From Vicugna vicugna (Eukaryota): 64,000 bases of DNA. Each line of letters begins with the position of its first letter. The stretch's first letter is position 1. Under the pieces are notes generated by a model, which saw nothing but the letters and a program-made list of their open reading frames with translations, was not told the DNA's origin and ran no database searches. Positions 1 through 13,764 of the stretch are shown here, piece after piece. Position numbers and translations under genes: made by a program. Location of the stretch: NCBI GenBank assembly GCA_013265495.1, contig MU058065.1:560001-624000 (forward strand), in the 5' to 3' direction.

Positions 1-164
1 CAATGATTCATGCCAGGAAAATATAAGTTTGTGCTTTAGTAGAGAATAACCAAGGGATTTATCTTAGTAAGGTGGTCAGAATTAGTAACACTGCAGGATC
101 ACTTGGCCACTGGCCTCATTAATGACGTGCAATCTGAGACTATGATTTTTTTAAACATTCTGAT

Positions 165-305
165 GTTTTCTTGTCTATAAAATGAGAATAAATTTGGGAA
201 CTACTTCGAAAGGTTTTTGAGAGGAATGAAAGTTGTGTTCCCATCTTAGTAGATTGTCAGGCACATAATAAATAGTCAATAAGGGTTAGCCGATATTATT
301 ATTAC
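165..305 (+). mobile_element. MIR SINE 3' part
   Basis: Degenerate MIR core and tail (tataaaatgagaataa...ggcacataataaatagtcaataa). Confidence 0.5.
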
Positions 306-753
306 TTATCGTTATTATTTTAACTCATGGTGTAATGAGGAATCATAAAATATTCTGAGAAAAACAAGACTAAATAATGTGATAATTTTCCTGTTTTTTT
401 GAAATTTTATTAGTGACAACAGAGAAAACAGTTTTCTAAGAACCGATTCGTTCCCTTTGTAAATTAAGATTTACCTGTGTATACATATGTATATCATGTA
501 TTTTTTTCCAGGAATTATAGTAAAAAAAATTATTAAATATATTATTATTAAAAAAATTATTAAATATAAATAGAATGTTTCGCACCAGGCCATGATCAGG
601 CTTCAGGCCCATGTTCCGCCAGTCTCTGGCTCTGCTCTGGTCTGTGTTTTATCCTCAGGCTGGCAACCAGGTGGTTACAGCAGTGTCAGAGAGCACATCT
701 GAACTATTCACCTAGATCCAGTGTAAAATAAGTAATTGTTTCCAATGGATTTC

Positions 754-1123
754 TTTTTTTTTTTTTTTTGGTATATATATTTTTTATTGAAGTCTAGTCA
801 GTTTACATTGTTGTGTCAATTTCTGGTGCACAGCACCATGCTTCAGTCATACGTGAACATACGTAGATTCATTTTCATGTTCTTTTTCACCATAAGTTAC
901 TACAAGATATTGAATATAGTTCCCATACTATATAGTTCCCTACATAGTATGAACTTGTTGTGTATCTATTTTATGTATATATCAGTCAGTATCTGCAAAT
1001 CTCGAACTCCCAATTTGTCCCTTCCCATCCTTTTCCCTGCCTGGTAACCGTAAGTTTGTTTTCTATGTCTGTGAATCTGTTTTGTAAATAAGTTCATTTG
1101 TCTTTTTTTTTTTTTTTTTAAGA
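754..1123 (-). mobile_element. 5'-truncated young L1 3' UTR
   Basis: Poly-T then L1 3' end; TSD ttccaatggatttc (740-753) / ttccaaggaatttc (1124-1137). Confidence 0.9.
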
Positions 1124-2089
1124 TTCCAAGGAATTTCCTATAAGTGGGAATTATTTTCTTTCTCAGAGACCACAAGCAAACATCTCCCTGCATCTCCTTT
1201 GGCTGTTGGGTGATCTACTTATTCCCGACCAACCCCTGTGGAAAGAGAAATGCTGTTTACTCATAGGCATAGACCCCCCCAGCCCTCTCTGATCACGCAG
1301 AAAGGGCAGTGGGATTATCCTAAGTGTTGTAGGCTAATCAGGGCCAACTCTGCAGCTTGAAAAAATTTCCTAAGTCCCATGAATATACAATGCAGAGCGG
1401 ACTGCTGGGGTCACCACACACCAAATAAGCAATTCTAGGAACCCCTTCTTAATCCCGCAGTGGGCTTCTGCATATCAGGTTGTAAAGTCTAGAGGAATCA
1501 AAGCTTGAAGTGCTCAGAAAGCAAAGAAAAGGTGACAAGGAGCAAATTCCTTGACCTCAAGGGCAGGGTTGGTACTGAAGGTGTAAGGGGTGTCGAACTG
1601 AAGTTCAGCGATACATAACAAAGCAGCTATTTATTCATTCTTACATTTATTAGGTGACTATGTGCTCAGGTGACCATGGGCTGGGCACTAGATGTCTGGG
1701 ATGCAATGTCTACTCTTTAGGAGATTACATTCTAATGGAAGTGAGGGAAGGTGAGCCTCAAAATAGGGTATAAAATAGGGAACAGAGACAGGAATTGTGC
1801 TGCTGTAGTCAAGAGGTTAATGGGATGATTCTGAAAGGTGAATTAAACCAAAGAGAAAAAAAGGCTCTTCTTTATCATCTACCTTCAGAGAAAAGAGACA
1901 AGGGGAAGGAGGGGCAGTTGCCTTACTAAATGATGATACCATCTGTTCTAGCATTACCACAACCTTTGGGAAGCATCTTTAGAATCTTTATCCGAATATA
2001 CATGTCATTTGGATCATTATATCCTTACTATTTCCCTTTATTTTATTTTTATCTTCTAAGTTTAATATGTTTGCTATATTTACTACATA

Positions 2090-2235
2090 CCGTCAGCCTT
2101 CCGTATCCCCTATCCCCTATCTGAGGATACAGAGGGCTGGCTGTACTATGGCATCTTCTATAAAGGGTTTACGCATCCGTGGATTTTGGTATCCCTGGGG
2201 ATTCTGGAACCCAATCCATTCAGATACTGAAGGAT
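2090..2235. mobile_element. MER2-like TcMar-Tigger MITE remnant
   Basis: cagccttccgtatcc end and gcatccgtggattttggtatcc motif. Confidence 0.65.
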
Positions 2236-2719
2236 TTTATATTCATTAAATGCATACTCAAAATTTTAACAAATAAAATGAAAACAAACAAACAATGAAG
2301 ATTTCTGTACATTACCCAGAATAATCATTCATCAGTGGACTTGTCTCACATGTTGGAAAGCATTGCTTATTCTGATCCTCCCTTTGGAAGCCCCTAGACT
2401 TTAATTCCAGCAAAAGTAACATATCTGCAGTTGCCTCTAGTTTTGGACATCCTTTACTGACTATCAGGGAGTCATGTTTTCCTCAGGGAGGCATTTTCTG
2501 AAAAGTTTAACTTTTATTTGTAAATCTCCAAAGCCTTAAAAAAAGTCAGCCTTGTGGGTGAGTCCTGAGAAAATTCCCTTTATTCCTTTCCCAAGATGGA
2601 ATCAGAAATTGGGAGTCTCCATCCTTCATCCTTTGCTCACAGCCTCGGAGCTCTGGACTTGGCATCTGAAATGAACATACTCTCCATTGTTTGGTCAGTG
2701 CATCAACAGTGACATTCAC

Positions 2720-3103
2720 CTTTTACAGATTAAGGAAGGAAGGTGTCCCCTTATGTGCTGCTTGTGCTAAATCTCCCGGCACATTTATTTTCGATTTATT
2801 GCATATTAGATTTCAGGTCTTCGATTTGTATCTTTCAGGCAAATAGATAGTGTCAGAAGGTCGTGTCTTCACACACATCTGGAGTTGTATGTACATAAAA
2901 CAAAGGTGAATTCAAATCGTGAAGCTCAGAGAAGGAAAGTAAGGACACACCATAATTGTTTAACCTGAATCGCTCTGCCCTCTCTGTTGCAGAAGTGTCA
3001 GAATACAAAGTGGCATCACTTAATAAATACTGTAGGTTATTTCTAAGCTGCACATTCACGGAGTTGTTTTGTTTATGCCTGGATGAAAGCAATGGCTGAC
3101 TTT
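2720..3103 (-). pseudogene. Candidate 3' pseudo-exon (SQPLLSSRHKQNNSVNVQLRNNLQYLLSDATLYSD...)
   Basis: ttttttag acceptor, ~83 open codons then stops, AAG|gtgaat donor; phase does not fit the previous exon without a frameshift. Confidence 0.4.
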
Positions 3104-5088
3104 CTAAAAAACATTTTTATTACTAAATATACAATACAAAGTTGCTTTTCAAATTCATGTCAGTGTTTGAATTGCATTCTGATGAATGCAACCAGAAAAA
3201 TAAGAACCAATTCCTTCAAACAGGGCCTTCATTAAAACCATTCACGAAAGCAAGCTCTCTCTTCTTTTCATTCAATTAAGAAGTACTGTTAAATAATAAT
3301 AGCCATATAATAGAATTACCTACTTTTTATAAAATTTATTATATTGTTATTAAGTAATAAGCTTAGCCAGTTGGATTCTTATTAACCTCTGCTACTCAGG
3401 AGTCCAACAATCTAAGCCAAGCACAACCTCTTTGACTCTCAGTTTCTTAAGCTGGAAATGGGCACACTAATAATTGAGTTAACAGCTGTCATAGACTTGC
3501 TGAGAGAATTGAATGAGAAATTTTATGTGAAACTGGTTTGTAAATTCTATGGGACTATAAAATGTACAGTAACATTGGAACACATATATTATATAAGCTT
3601 ATATATAAATTATATGATTTATATAATATAAATTACTGCATATTATATTTATTTAATGACAATCACTAATTTCATATAACTTCATGCATTTAAAAAGTGA
3701 TGAAGATTAATAAACATGCTTCCAATTTCAGGTATTACCATCCATATATGTCTGAAAAGACACTGAGGTGCAGTTGTTCTACTGGTTTGCTATTTAATAC
3801 TATTTCTGGATCGTTTGTGATCAACACTGATTTTAATGCTGAACCAATTAGTATAGTTGCTTAGAATTTTAACTTTTTATTTTGTATTTTTCAATGACTT
3901 TTGCCAGAGTAGCCTTCTTAAATTGGGCTGTGTAAACATGTAATTATTTATACCAACTCACGTTAGGTTCATGGTTTAAGGACTGCCAATTTTCCGCCGA
4001 TGTAATTATAGCCATAACAGGTCTTCAGTTATTTGAACTAAACAGTTCACTGTCTTAGAATTATACTTTTTGATTTTTTCCTTGTAAGTTATACATTCAT
4101 CAGATTTTTAAAGGTAAAATTACTTTATATATATGTTATATATACAGACATTTACACTGTGTATGAGCTGTATTCACAATTCTTAAAACTCTGGTAATTC
4201 CGAGCTTGAATATATGTTTCAGAAACAGTAAATTAAACTTTCACTTAAAAAGATGTTCTTTATACTTTAAAATAACTTTAATTTCCTTGGATGTTAGTAC
4301 TATGTAATTAAGCAGTCCCTGTTATACAGAAAAAAAGTGTTAGATGTAAATACATAATTCTGCCACCACAGCTAACAGAAATGTTATCATTAAGTGTTTT
4401 CTACATTCTTGAGGAAGGTAATAAATATCCCCAGGTCTCTAAGTCTGTCCTTTTTTCATTTTTTTGAAAGAAGCATTAATCATATTACCTATCCAGTTCT
4501 AGCGAGGAAACAGGAGAACACAGGAGACATAGTATCAAATCCTTTTTGAGGGCAAACATTCTGTTGGTCAACTTTGGCTATCGAGGATGGCATTATTAAC
4601 TAAGAGTTGCTATTATAATGCAACTCCTGTAAGTTGTCACAATTCTTGATTCTCTAAGCTAAAATAGATGCTCTTTGCAATATTATAATTCAATGACCTC
4701 TGGGTTGGTTTTTTTTTTTTCCCTCAAGGGATAGTTTCCACTAATTTATTCAATTTGCTGTATGAGACACAGCTAGTTTCTGGTGAACTGACTTGGAACT
4801 AAGTTTGATCTCTCGCCTACATCTAAATCATCGGCACAATTCACATTATTATTGTGTCTAGGTAAACTCAACATTCACTGAATTTAGAGTTACATTTTCA
4901 CCATTAATTCTAGCAATTTTTTTTTTTTGTAGAAATGTGGAATGTTTGCAAAACTACATTTTTCAGGGTAGATCAAAGAAGTTTATATCTGAGAAAGGAA
5001 ATGTTGACATAAGGTACTGTTACATTTCAGAGCCAAATATGTACATTAGCTCCATTTTCAACAAGCCCAATCCACATTCAGAAAATAC

Positions 5089-5157
5089 CTGATTTGAGTC
5101 AAACTGACTCTTTTTTTCCTTCCAGAGCTTGGCCTCACTTATGTGTCTCAAATTTTT
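5089..5157 (-). pseudogene. Candidate pseudo-exon (KNLRHISEAKLWKEKKSQFDSNQ)
   Basis: Long pyrimidine tract + ctaag acceptor, CAG|gtattt donor, phase 0->0, open. Confidence 0.5.
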
Positions 5158-5849
5158 CTTAGAAAAAAATGAAAAAGAAGAAATTTCTGAACAAAAGTTG
5201 TAAAACTCCATAATCACTAATTACACAAATTTAATTCAGCAGTTTTTTTCTGAAAACGATTAATCCAAAGGGGGAAACACCAAAAAAATACTTGTGGATC
5301 TATGTATTTTTTTCAACATTCCCCTGAAAAAATTCTCTAAATTGCATGCAATGAATTATTTGGAGTCACACATAAAAGAAATTTGACATGCATGTAAGTG
5401 ATTTGAGGACAGAGACAATATTGATGCTCAAATTGGAGCTAATTTTCTCTAAATTTTTGTTGCTTTGCACCCATAAAAGGTTACATTAAATTCATTCAAT
5501 TCAGCTGATTTCAGACTTTGTCCCTGTAAGTAATATTACTTGTATTTGCATTGCAAATGACTACATAATTTCATTTTAAATATCAAGATTGGGGACCAAA
5601 AGATTCTACTAAAATCCAAACAGATGTTTAACATGGAGAATGTTTATAGACTTACTGAGTCAAATGCTTTTGGTCACTAAACTTTTTTGATGTCAACGAA
5701 AGGTTTTTAGAAAAGAAACCCATTTTTGTGTGTGGCCTCGTTTATACAACAATTGTGTATACAATCAATTATTCAAGCTCTTTAGTTTCTATATTACAGA
5801 ATTTGCAGGACACAAAACAGAGTTTGTAAAGTAAATGTCCGGACTTCTA

Positions 5850-8090
5850 TCTCTGGCAAGGTGAAATGAAAGGGACCAGTTTTACCCTCTTGTCTTAAAC
5901 AAAATTTTTTGTTGTTTAGGATTACAAAAAAACAATGGTTTTCAAATATTGGACAACAGACAGTCAAGTTTCTGACATTGGAGAAGAGGGAAATAAGCAA
6001 GGTAAGTCCTACAGTTGCCCCCAATTTACTGCCTTGAGCGTTTCCAGGCATAGAGAGAATGTGAGCAAAACCATGCAGGTACTTTGCACCAAGAAGACAG
6101 AATTGGACAATTTGGTAGGAAAGGAGCCAGGGTTCTCAGGACAGAGTGATGGTGAAGAGAAAGTTGCACAGAGAGAGAATGAGCCCCAGAAACTTACCAA
6201 GGTTTTCCTCTTAAGTTTTCAGCCAGATACTGATCAATTCATGAATCTGACAAAAGTACTAATCCAGGGAAAGAATTACCCGTAAAGTACAGACAGAAAA
6301 ATCCTTGGGCTACAATGAGCCTTTAAGAGTTGATGTTCTCAACAGTCAGGATGGATAAACCTTATAAAACATGGATGACTGAGTGAGGTGTTAAAAAATG
6401 ATATTGCCTGGAAGTGGAGAGAGATCTGCCCTGGACTAAAAGCTTTTTGGCCCTGCCTAGCAAAGCTCAGAAGCAAGTTTCAGAAAAGATCGAAGTCTTT
6501 CCACATGACTTGAGAGTTCTAGAAATAAAAATTCAAGAGTACTTAAAAAATACAAGAATATTCGAAGAGATAATCAAAAAATTTTCAAGAAATGAAAAAG
6601 AAGCTCAATGAACAGAGCACAAGAAAATGAAGACAACTATACTACGGTACAGCATAATCAAACTGATGAATACCAGCGACAAAGAGAAAAATCTTACAGA
6701 TAGCGTGAGAAAAAGACATATAAAGAAATGAAGATCTGAGTGACAAATAGTTTCTCTTAGGAAACAATGCAGACCAGAAGAGAGTGGGACAATGTCTTTA
6801 ATACACTGAAAGAGAATAAAACCGTTGGAAGTTATATCCATCATAAAACCTTTCAAAAACTAAGCCAAAATAAAATATTTTTCTAGGATAAAAAGTATGA
6901 AAAATTAATAACTATTAGACCTGCAATATAAGAATGTCAAAGTGAGTCCTTCAAATAGAAGGAAAATTATGGCAGATAACTATCTAGAGCTACAAAAAAG
7001 GACAAAGAGCCTCAGAATTAGTAGAATACAGTCTTTACAGAATACAGTCAATGCTTTGGCAATTTCTTATTTTTTTTATAATTTGTTATATTCTTAAACA
7101 TACATTGATCATATGGCCCAGCAATCCTAGTTGTTTAAACAAAATGAAATATTATATTTACATAAAAATATATATACAAATGTTTATTGCAGTTTCATTC
7201 ATATTCACTGAAAACTGGAGGCAGCCCAAATGTCCTGCCGTTGGCGAATGGATGAGCAACGTAAAGAACAGAATAAACCTCAATAATAAAAAGAAACAAA
7301 CTATGAATATGCGCATGGCATGGAAATTATCTTGTATCAGTTTGCTAGGACTTTCTTAACAAAACGTCACAAACTTGGTGGCTTAAACGATTTATCTTCT
7401 CACAGTCCTGGAGGCTGGAAGTCCCGAGATCAAGACAACAGCAGGTCTGGTTCCTCCTGAGGGCTGTGAGTAAGACTCTGTTTCATGCCTTTCCTGGATT
7501 TTGCTGGTTTGCTGGCAATCTTTGGTGTTCCTGGACTTGGAGAAGCATCACTTCAATCTCTGTCTTCATCTTCTTGTGGTATTCTCCCTGCCTGTGTCCA
7601 ACTGTCCTCTTTTTACAAAGACACCTGTTGTATACATTGGACTAGGGGTTTAGCCTACTCCAGTATGACTTCATCTGGACTTAACTGATTGTATCTACAA
7701 TAACTCTATTTTCAAACAAGTCACATTTTGATGTACTGGGAGTTTGGGACATCAACCTATGAATTTGTAGGGATACAATTCAACTCCTAACAGACCTCGT
7801 GTGCATTATGCTGAGAGAAAGAATCCAGACTCAAAAAGCTACAAACTGTGTTATTCCCTTTATATGACTTTCTAAAAAAAAACCAAAACTGTGGGGACAG
7901 AAAACAGATCAGTGGTTGCTAGAGGCTAGGGTAGAGAAGGGTACGTGGGATCTGGGTGGGGGTTTTTTGGAGTGACAGAACTTTTCTGTATCTTGATTGT
8001 GGTGGTGGTTATAATGCCTGCATTCACTTGTTAAAGCTTGTCAAACTATACACAAAAGGGTGAATTTTAATCTCTGTTAATTATACTTTA
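5850..8090 (+). mobile_element. Old L1M fragments (5'/ORF1-like part and 3' UTR) interrupted by an MLT1 LTR
   Basis: ORF1-like A-rich sequence ~6550-7000; 3' UTR motifs aaactggaggcagcccaaatgtcc and gaaaacagatcagtggttgc. Confidence 0.7.
7333..7792 (-). mobile_element. MLT1 (ERVL-MaLR) solo LTR
   Basis: TG...CA ends; typical ctcacagtcctggaggctggaagtcc and tacaattcaactcctaaca. Confidence 0.85.
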
Positions 8091-10031
8091 ATGAAAGAAT
8101 GTGGAAAAAAGTAAACAGTTACCACTTATGGGTCTTTTCCACTTAAAATCTTGTATTTCCATGGGCAGAAATTACCTTTACTATATAGTGAGACTAGAAA
8201 CTTTCATTCACCATCAACCATCAACTAAGCATAAACACTTACTTAAATTTTCTGGAAAGTAATTGGGCAAAAAGGAAAAAAATACATATACATATGTAAT
8301 ACACACACATTCTTTGAACCATTTATGGGTGCTATTCTTAAGGAAATAAAGTTGTGCTTACAAAGATGCCTAAAGATTCTAAATATCCTATCAAGAGGGA
8401 ACTGAATAACTCAGGTAATGTTTGTATTAATGAGGTTATCATGAAGCCTCTGAAATAATGATGTAGATTTGTACTTATCGACACAAAAAATGCCTCTAGT
8501 TTACCAGACTAATGTTATGTTGTCTATCAAACTCACACGTCCCTTTTCTTGAGAACTACAGAAATCCCTATTCAGCTCATACAGATGGAGCCAAATTCTC
8601 TCTTCCAAGGGTTTGGAATTGAGTCTAAGAGATGCTAGTTTTATCTGGGATGGTTACAAAAACTGAACTTTTAAACTCCAGAACTGTGAGGAAGCCAAAG
8701 CAACGAGGGAAATAAAGAAGCAGATGTGCAGAAAGCAACAGACATGAGACTTAATGGCCCCACAGAAAAAGAGGAAAAAATGGTGGGGTCTCTGATGATC
8801 TTTTTGATTCCAGTATGTCTTGATACACAGCTGCAGGAGGCACACAAAATTCTTACCAGTGATTATCTGCAGAATGTGGGACCATAGGTGTTTCACTTTT
8901 TCTAATATGCTTTATATTTAGAGAAGAAAGGTTTTTTTTGCTTTGTTTTGTTTTGTTTTGCTTTTTGACAAACAGAGGAATGTGTCACCCTGTACCGGGT
9001 CTAATCACTACAACTGAAAATTGTTAATGATTTGACATTTGACCTTTAATAACAATAATTTGGAACTCCAAACTACCATATTTTTTCCACTTCCCAGACG
9101 GATTTGTTTGCAATGAGAATTCATTTCTTTTTATCATAAAAGGGCAAACACACATCTAAAAATAATTCAAAATGGATTTGACTGTTACGTATATAGCTTG
9201 TTTTCAGATATGAAATTTGATGGAGTTTTCTCATTTCTTTGTAACATGGAAAATTTTTCTCATTTCCTACCCATTTCCCCTTGATGAAACTTCTCTTTTA
9301 AATTAGTGCTAATCTTAACTTCTGTGATTTTTGCACAAGCAGACGGAAAACATACTTATTCTTATCTTTCTTTAAGTAAAACCTCTTTTTAGTAAAGAAT
9401 GTTCCAGAAGTGCTTCAATTTCCTTGCTTTTATTGGAATGTATCATATTTAATATTGTTCATAAATCATAGGTATTAGAGATAATTAATTTCTTTAAAAA
9501 CTAATTAGCTAAATCTCTCACTTTTCAAGGGACAAAACTAAGACCTACAATTGTTAGGTTTCCAAAGACAACCTTCAAGCTGATCTGTTTTGAGAAGAAA
9601 GTAATTTTGCACACTGTGATTTATCTAAGGATATTAGAACTTCTGCTCTCAGTGACACTATTTCAGCAGCCATGACTAATTTTTTTTTCTTAAGGATTTT
9701 TACATTCCAGGACATCTAGATGCAATTGCACATTATCGAACATACTTCCCCTCCCTCGTCTTCCCGTCCTCTCCTGCTCCCCTTCCTCCTCTTTCTTCCC
9801 TTCTTTGTCTTTCTCCTCCTTTTTTTCATTTAGAATGAAACTTTTTATTTCTCTTTCAAGGGAACCATAGAGCCATAAGCATTAGCAAAGAATGAATTAT
9901 CTTTGAAGTTTCGTGTATTTGAACCAGATGTGGCTCATACCGATGGTGGTCCCTTGTGATAAGCTTATTTCTTCTGCATAATCTTCAGTCAAGCTAAAAT
10001 TACTAATTACTGAAAAATCATATTAACTTAC

Positions 10032-10115
10032 CAAATTGTTTTCATAATGATATGGCAAGGAAAGTATTTGTGGAATATATGGAATGTCACTTGTGCACCA
10101 TGTAATAATGAACAT
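10032..10115 (-). pseudogene. Pseudo-exon (MFIITWCTSDIPYIPQILSLPYHYENNL)
   Basis: TTG|gtaagt donor; acceptor tctttttctAA (AG lost); matches PCNX MINSSCDQPIGYPIFVSPL. Confidence 0.7.
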
Positions 10116-10988
10116 TTAGAAAAAGATTCAACATTGAAAGACCTAGATTTTAGGGAAGAGCTCCACATATCACATATTACAAGGAAGCCCTGGTCAGATT
10201 TATTTAAAATAGTCAAACATTTCAAAATATTTATTGAAACATCTTGATTCAGTAGAAAGCCTGGAATTATACTAATGTTCCTAGTTCATCTTTATTATCC
10301 TGAATATCACCTCATTTGCCCCACCACCACCAAAGAAAGGGAAATCATAACAAAATGGAAAAAAAAATTAGGCTGATGAGATAGCAAACAATCTAAATAG
10401 TTTTCTCCTCTCCAATAGGATTTTAGGGCCTTCTTATTTCACATGCGATGATGCTGGGGTAGAAAACCACAGAACAATTTTTTCCTACACATGTAGCATT
10501 TTTCATTTTATCCAAGTGGAAGTGACCACTTTGTTTGGTCATCATCTTTCAGCACTCCAAACTGTTTACCAATGTCTCTCTCCCCTCTTCTTTTCAGATA
10601 GAACCTGATGATAAATGGACTCTGGCATGCATCTCACTGGGGACCATATTTTACATATGTACACTTATTCCATAGTTACTTGATATAATTTTTCAACGTT
10701 ATTTGAGTAATGAATCCTGGTAATTAAGTTCATTTGCAAGTAACCACCAGTTAAACTGGGAGGAAATTTTCTACTTTCACAATTTCTCTCTGTTAAATTC
10801 TATAAGCATGTTCTCTCATTTAGAAGTAAAAGTAGAATTCTGCTCTCAGAATTACACATTTGAATTGTTTAAATAAGTACCCACACAGATTCTTTTTTAA
10901 ATAGGATTTGGCATATCAGAGAGTTTGAAGATCTTGTCTTCACTCACTTTTGAGCTGTAAACTAGGGAAATAAATGAGAAATGATCTT

Positions 10989-11429
10989 CTAAACAAACAT
11001 TTCTCCAGTGAAGACATACAAATGGCCAATAGGCACATGAAAAAAATGCTCAATATTGCTAATTATCAGGGAAATGCAAATCAAAACTACAATCAGGTAT
11101 CATCTCACACCAGACAGAATAGCCAACATTAAAATGTCCAAAAACAATAAATACTGGAGAGGATATAGAGAAAAGAGAAAACTCCTACACTGTTGGTAGG
11201 AATGTAGTTTGGTGCAGCCATTATGGAGAACAATATGGAGGTTCCTTAAAAAACTAAAAATAGACTTACCATATGATCCAGCAATCCTACTCCTGGGCAT
11301 ATATCCAGAAGGAACTCTAATTCAAAAAGATAATGCACACTAATTTTCATAGCAGCACTATTTAAGATAGCCAAAACATGGAAGCAACCTAAATGCCATC
11401 AATAGACGACTGGAAAAGAAGTGTGGTAA

Positions 11430-11476
<47 letters not shown>

Positions 11477-11946
11477 GGAATACTACTTAACCATAAAAAA
11501 GACTAAAATAATGCCATTTGCAGCAACATGGTTGGACCAAGAGATCATCATACTAAGTGAAGTAAGCCAGAAAGACAAAGAAAAATACCATGTGATATCA
11601 CTTACATGTGGAATCTAAAAAAAAGGACACAAATTAACTTATTTACAAAAGAGAAACAGACTCACTGACATAGAAAACAAACTTGTGGTTACAGGGGAGA
11701 AAGGAGTGGGGAGGGATAAATTGGGAGTTCAGGATTTGCAGATACTAATTTCTATATATAAAACAGATAAACAACAAGATCCTACTGTATAGCACAGGGA
11801 ACTATATTCAATACCTTGTAATGGCCTATAATAAAAAAAATGAAAAGGGATATATATGTATAAGTGAATCACTATGTTGTACACCAGAAATTAACACAAC
11901 GTTGTAACTCACCTATACTTCAATTTAAAACATTTAAAAATCAAAT
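10989..11946 (+). mobile_element. 5'-truncated L1 (ORF2 end + 3' UTR) containing (TG)n at 11431-11473
   Basis: L1 ORF2 C-terminal and 3' UTR sequence; 21-bp TSD aaataaatgagaaatg(a/g)tctt at 10968-10988 and 11947-11967. Confidence 0.95.
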
Positions 11947-12029
11947 AAATAAATGAGAAATGGTCTTGATAGAGAATTGGCATTTGGTTCTTGAGTCTTT
12001 TTAGGTTTACAAATTTGAGAAATTAATGA

Positions 12030-12260
12030 CTCACATTTGCCAAGTATGCACTCTGAGCCAGGTACTGAGCCAGGTTCTTTAAACGGATTATTTTATTTAA
12101 GCCTCTCAACAAGCCAAATGAGATGCTCTTACAGTTCTCCTGTGGTATTTGAGGCACAAAGAACTTGCTCAAAGGCAAACAGTTGGGAAGAGGTGGAGTT
12201 CTGATTCCAATGAAGGTGGTCTGATTTCAGAGACCAGACTCTAAACTTGGACACTACATT
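12030..12260 (-). mobile_element. MIR SINE
   Basis: gagccaggtact...atttaagcctctcaacaagcc...gaggcacaaagaacttgctcaaagg. Confidence 0.6.
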
Positions 12261-13622
12261 TTGTTAAGGTCACTGAGGCTCAATACACTAACTTTGCATG
12301 TGGGAAACCAATATTTCTGGATCACCAGAATGACTTGCAGACGTGTTTCATTGTGACCACTGGCCGAGTTTCTCCACTAGGAGAGGCTCATGCAGACATC
12401 AGCCAAGACTGAAGATGTCTGTTTAGATCAAACTCCAACTGCTTGTTTACTCCTATAGCTATGGTTCCAGGGTTGTCTTTTGGGGAAATTTTTTCTCTGT
12501 CCTGAAACTCAGGATGTTCTATGCTGGGAACTAAGTGTCTATATTACAAAAAAGAGAGCGAGAGAGAGAGTTCTTTCTTTTTAAAGTCTATTTATTTAGC
12601 CCCATAAACAATGTTAAAGGTTACTTTGCTTGCGCTAATTGTTTATGGCAGCCATGGAAATTCACACAGACCGCCAGAAGTTTGCCTGGAGTTCCATGAG
12701 CTCAGAGTCTGTACAAATGCAACGTCTTAAAATAATTAAATATTTGATACTAATCTCTCTATTGAAGATGATGAATAACCAAAGGATACCCTTTGCTTTG
12801 ATCGTATTAGTGTGGAGTGAGTTTAGGGCTGATAAATATTTTTGATGGCTTGTATATTTTTACTCCTACTATGTCATTAGATGTTATTTAATCCTAACTC
12901 ATTAATTAGAGTGCTACTTATAATTTAAAAGAACAAAGGAACTTAAATACCTAGCAATATGGAATTGCTTGACACTTTAATTTATAAGATGAAGTGCAAC
13001 ACTCATTAAAATATATTTAAGTAGATAATCATAATAAAATTGTGGTTAGATAGAAAAATATGAATAACCACCACACATCAAGATATGGAATATGAGTTCA
13101 TTTTTATAAAACAATCAACAAAAGAAAATATTTACCTATTATGAGATATTTTAACCTTTTTATTTGTGCTTATTTCTGTTTCAACACTAAATATGTATTG
13201 TTTGTATAACAAAACATTACGAACGAAATATTACTTTAGGACAATGTACAAAGAGGTAATCTATTCAGGGAAGAAACGCAATTTAGATGTTGTGGGATGA
13301 AATACAAACATAAAAGGCACCTCATTGAAAATGCTTTCTTAAGATTTTGTTTATGCAAATACTGGGGACCATATGCTGAACCTTGCAGTTTGGCATGCAA
13401 ATAGCTCATCTGCTAATGGCCCAGGGGATCTTGCTCAGGTTTGGAAGATTATTTAAAGTTATTTCAAAGAACTGAGTTCATTTAGTCTATAGAACCAAGT
13501 AGTGTTTGAAAAAAGAAAATCTACCCCAAGTGGGAGTAGATGAGCTATATTATATAAAACCTGTGGGTTTTTATGTTATTAATTCTCTTTGGGATCACTT
13601 ATGTGTGTATCTATTTGTTTAC

Positions 13623-13764
13623 CTTGAGAATGAAATTTATATTGGCCTGGAGCAGAAATCTTATGCTTCTAAGGTCCATTTGCAGTTTTGCTCAATGTCA
13701 GGTTTCCCAAGAAGATCCCACGTATTCCAGAATAGGTCTCCTTATATTTAGGATTGCATATAGA
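13623..13764 (-). pseudogene. Pseudo-exon (LYAILNIRRPILEYVGSSWET*H*AKLQMDLRSIRFLLQANINFILK)
   Basis: tttcaaag acceptor, AAG|gtaaac donor, phase 2->0; two TGA stops; matches PCNX RGSIQNAKQALR. Confidence 0.7.
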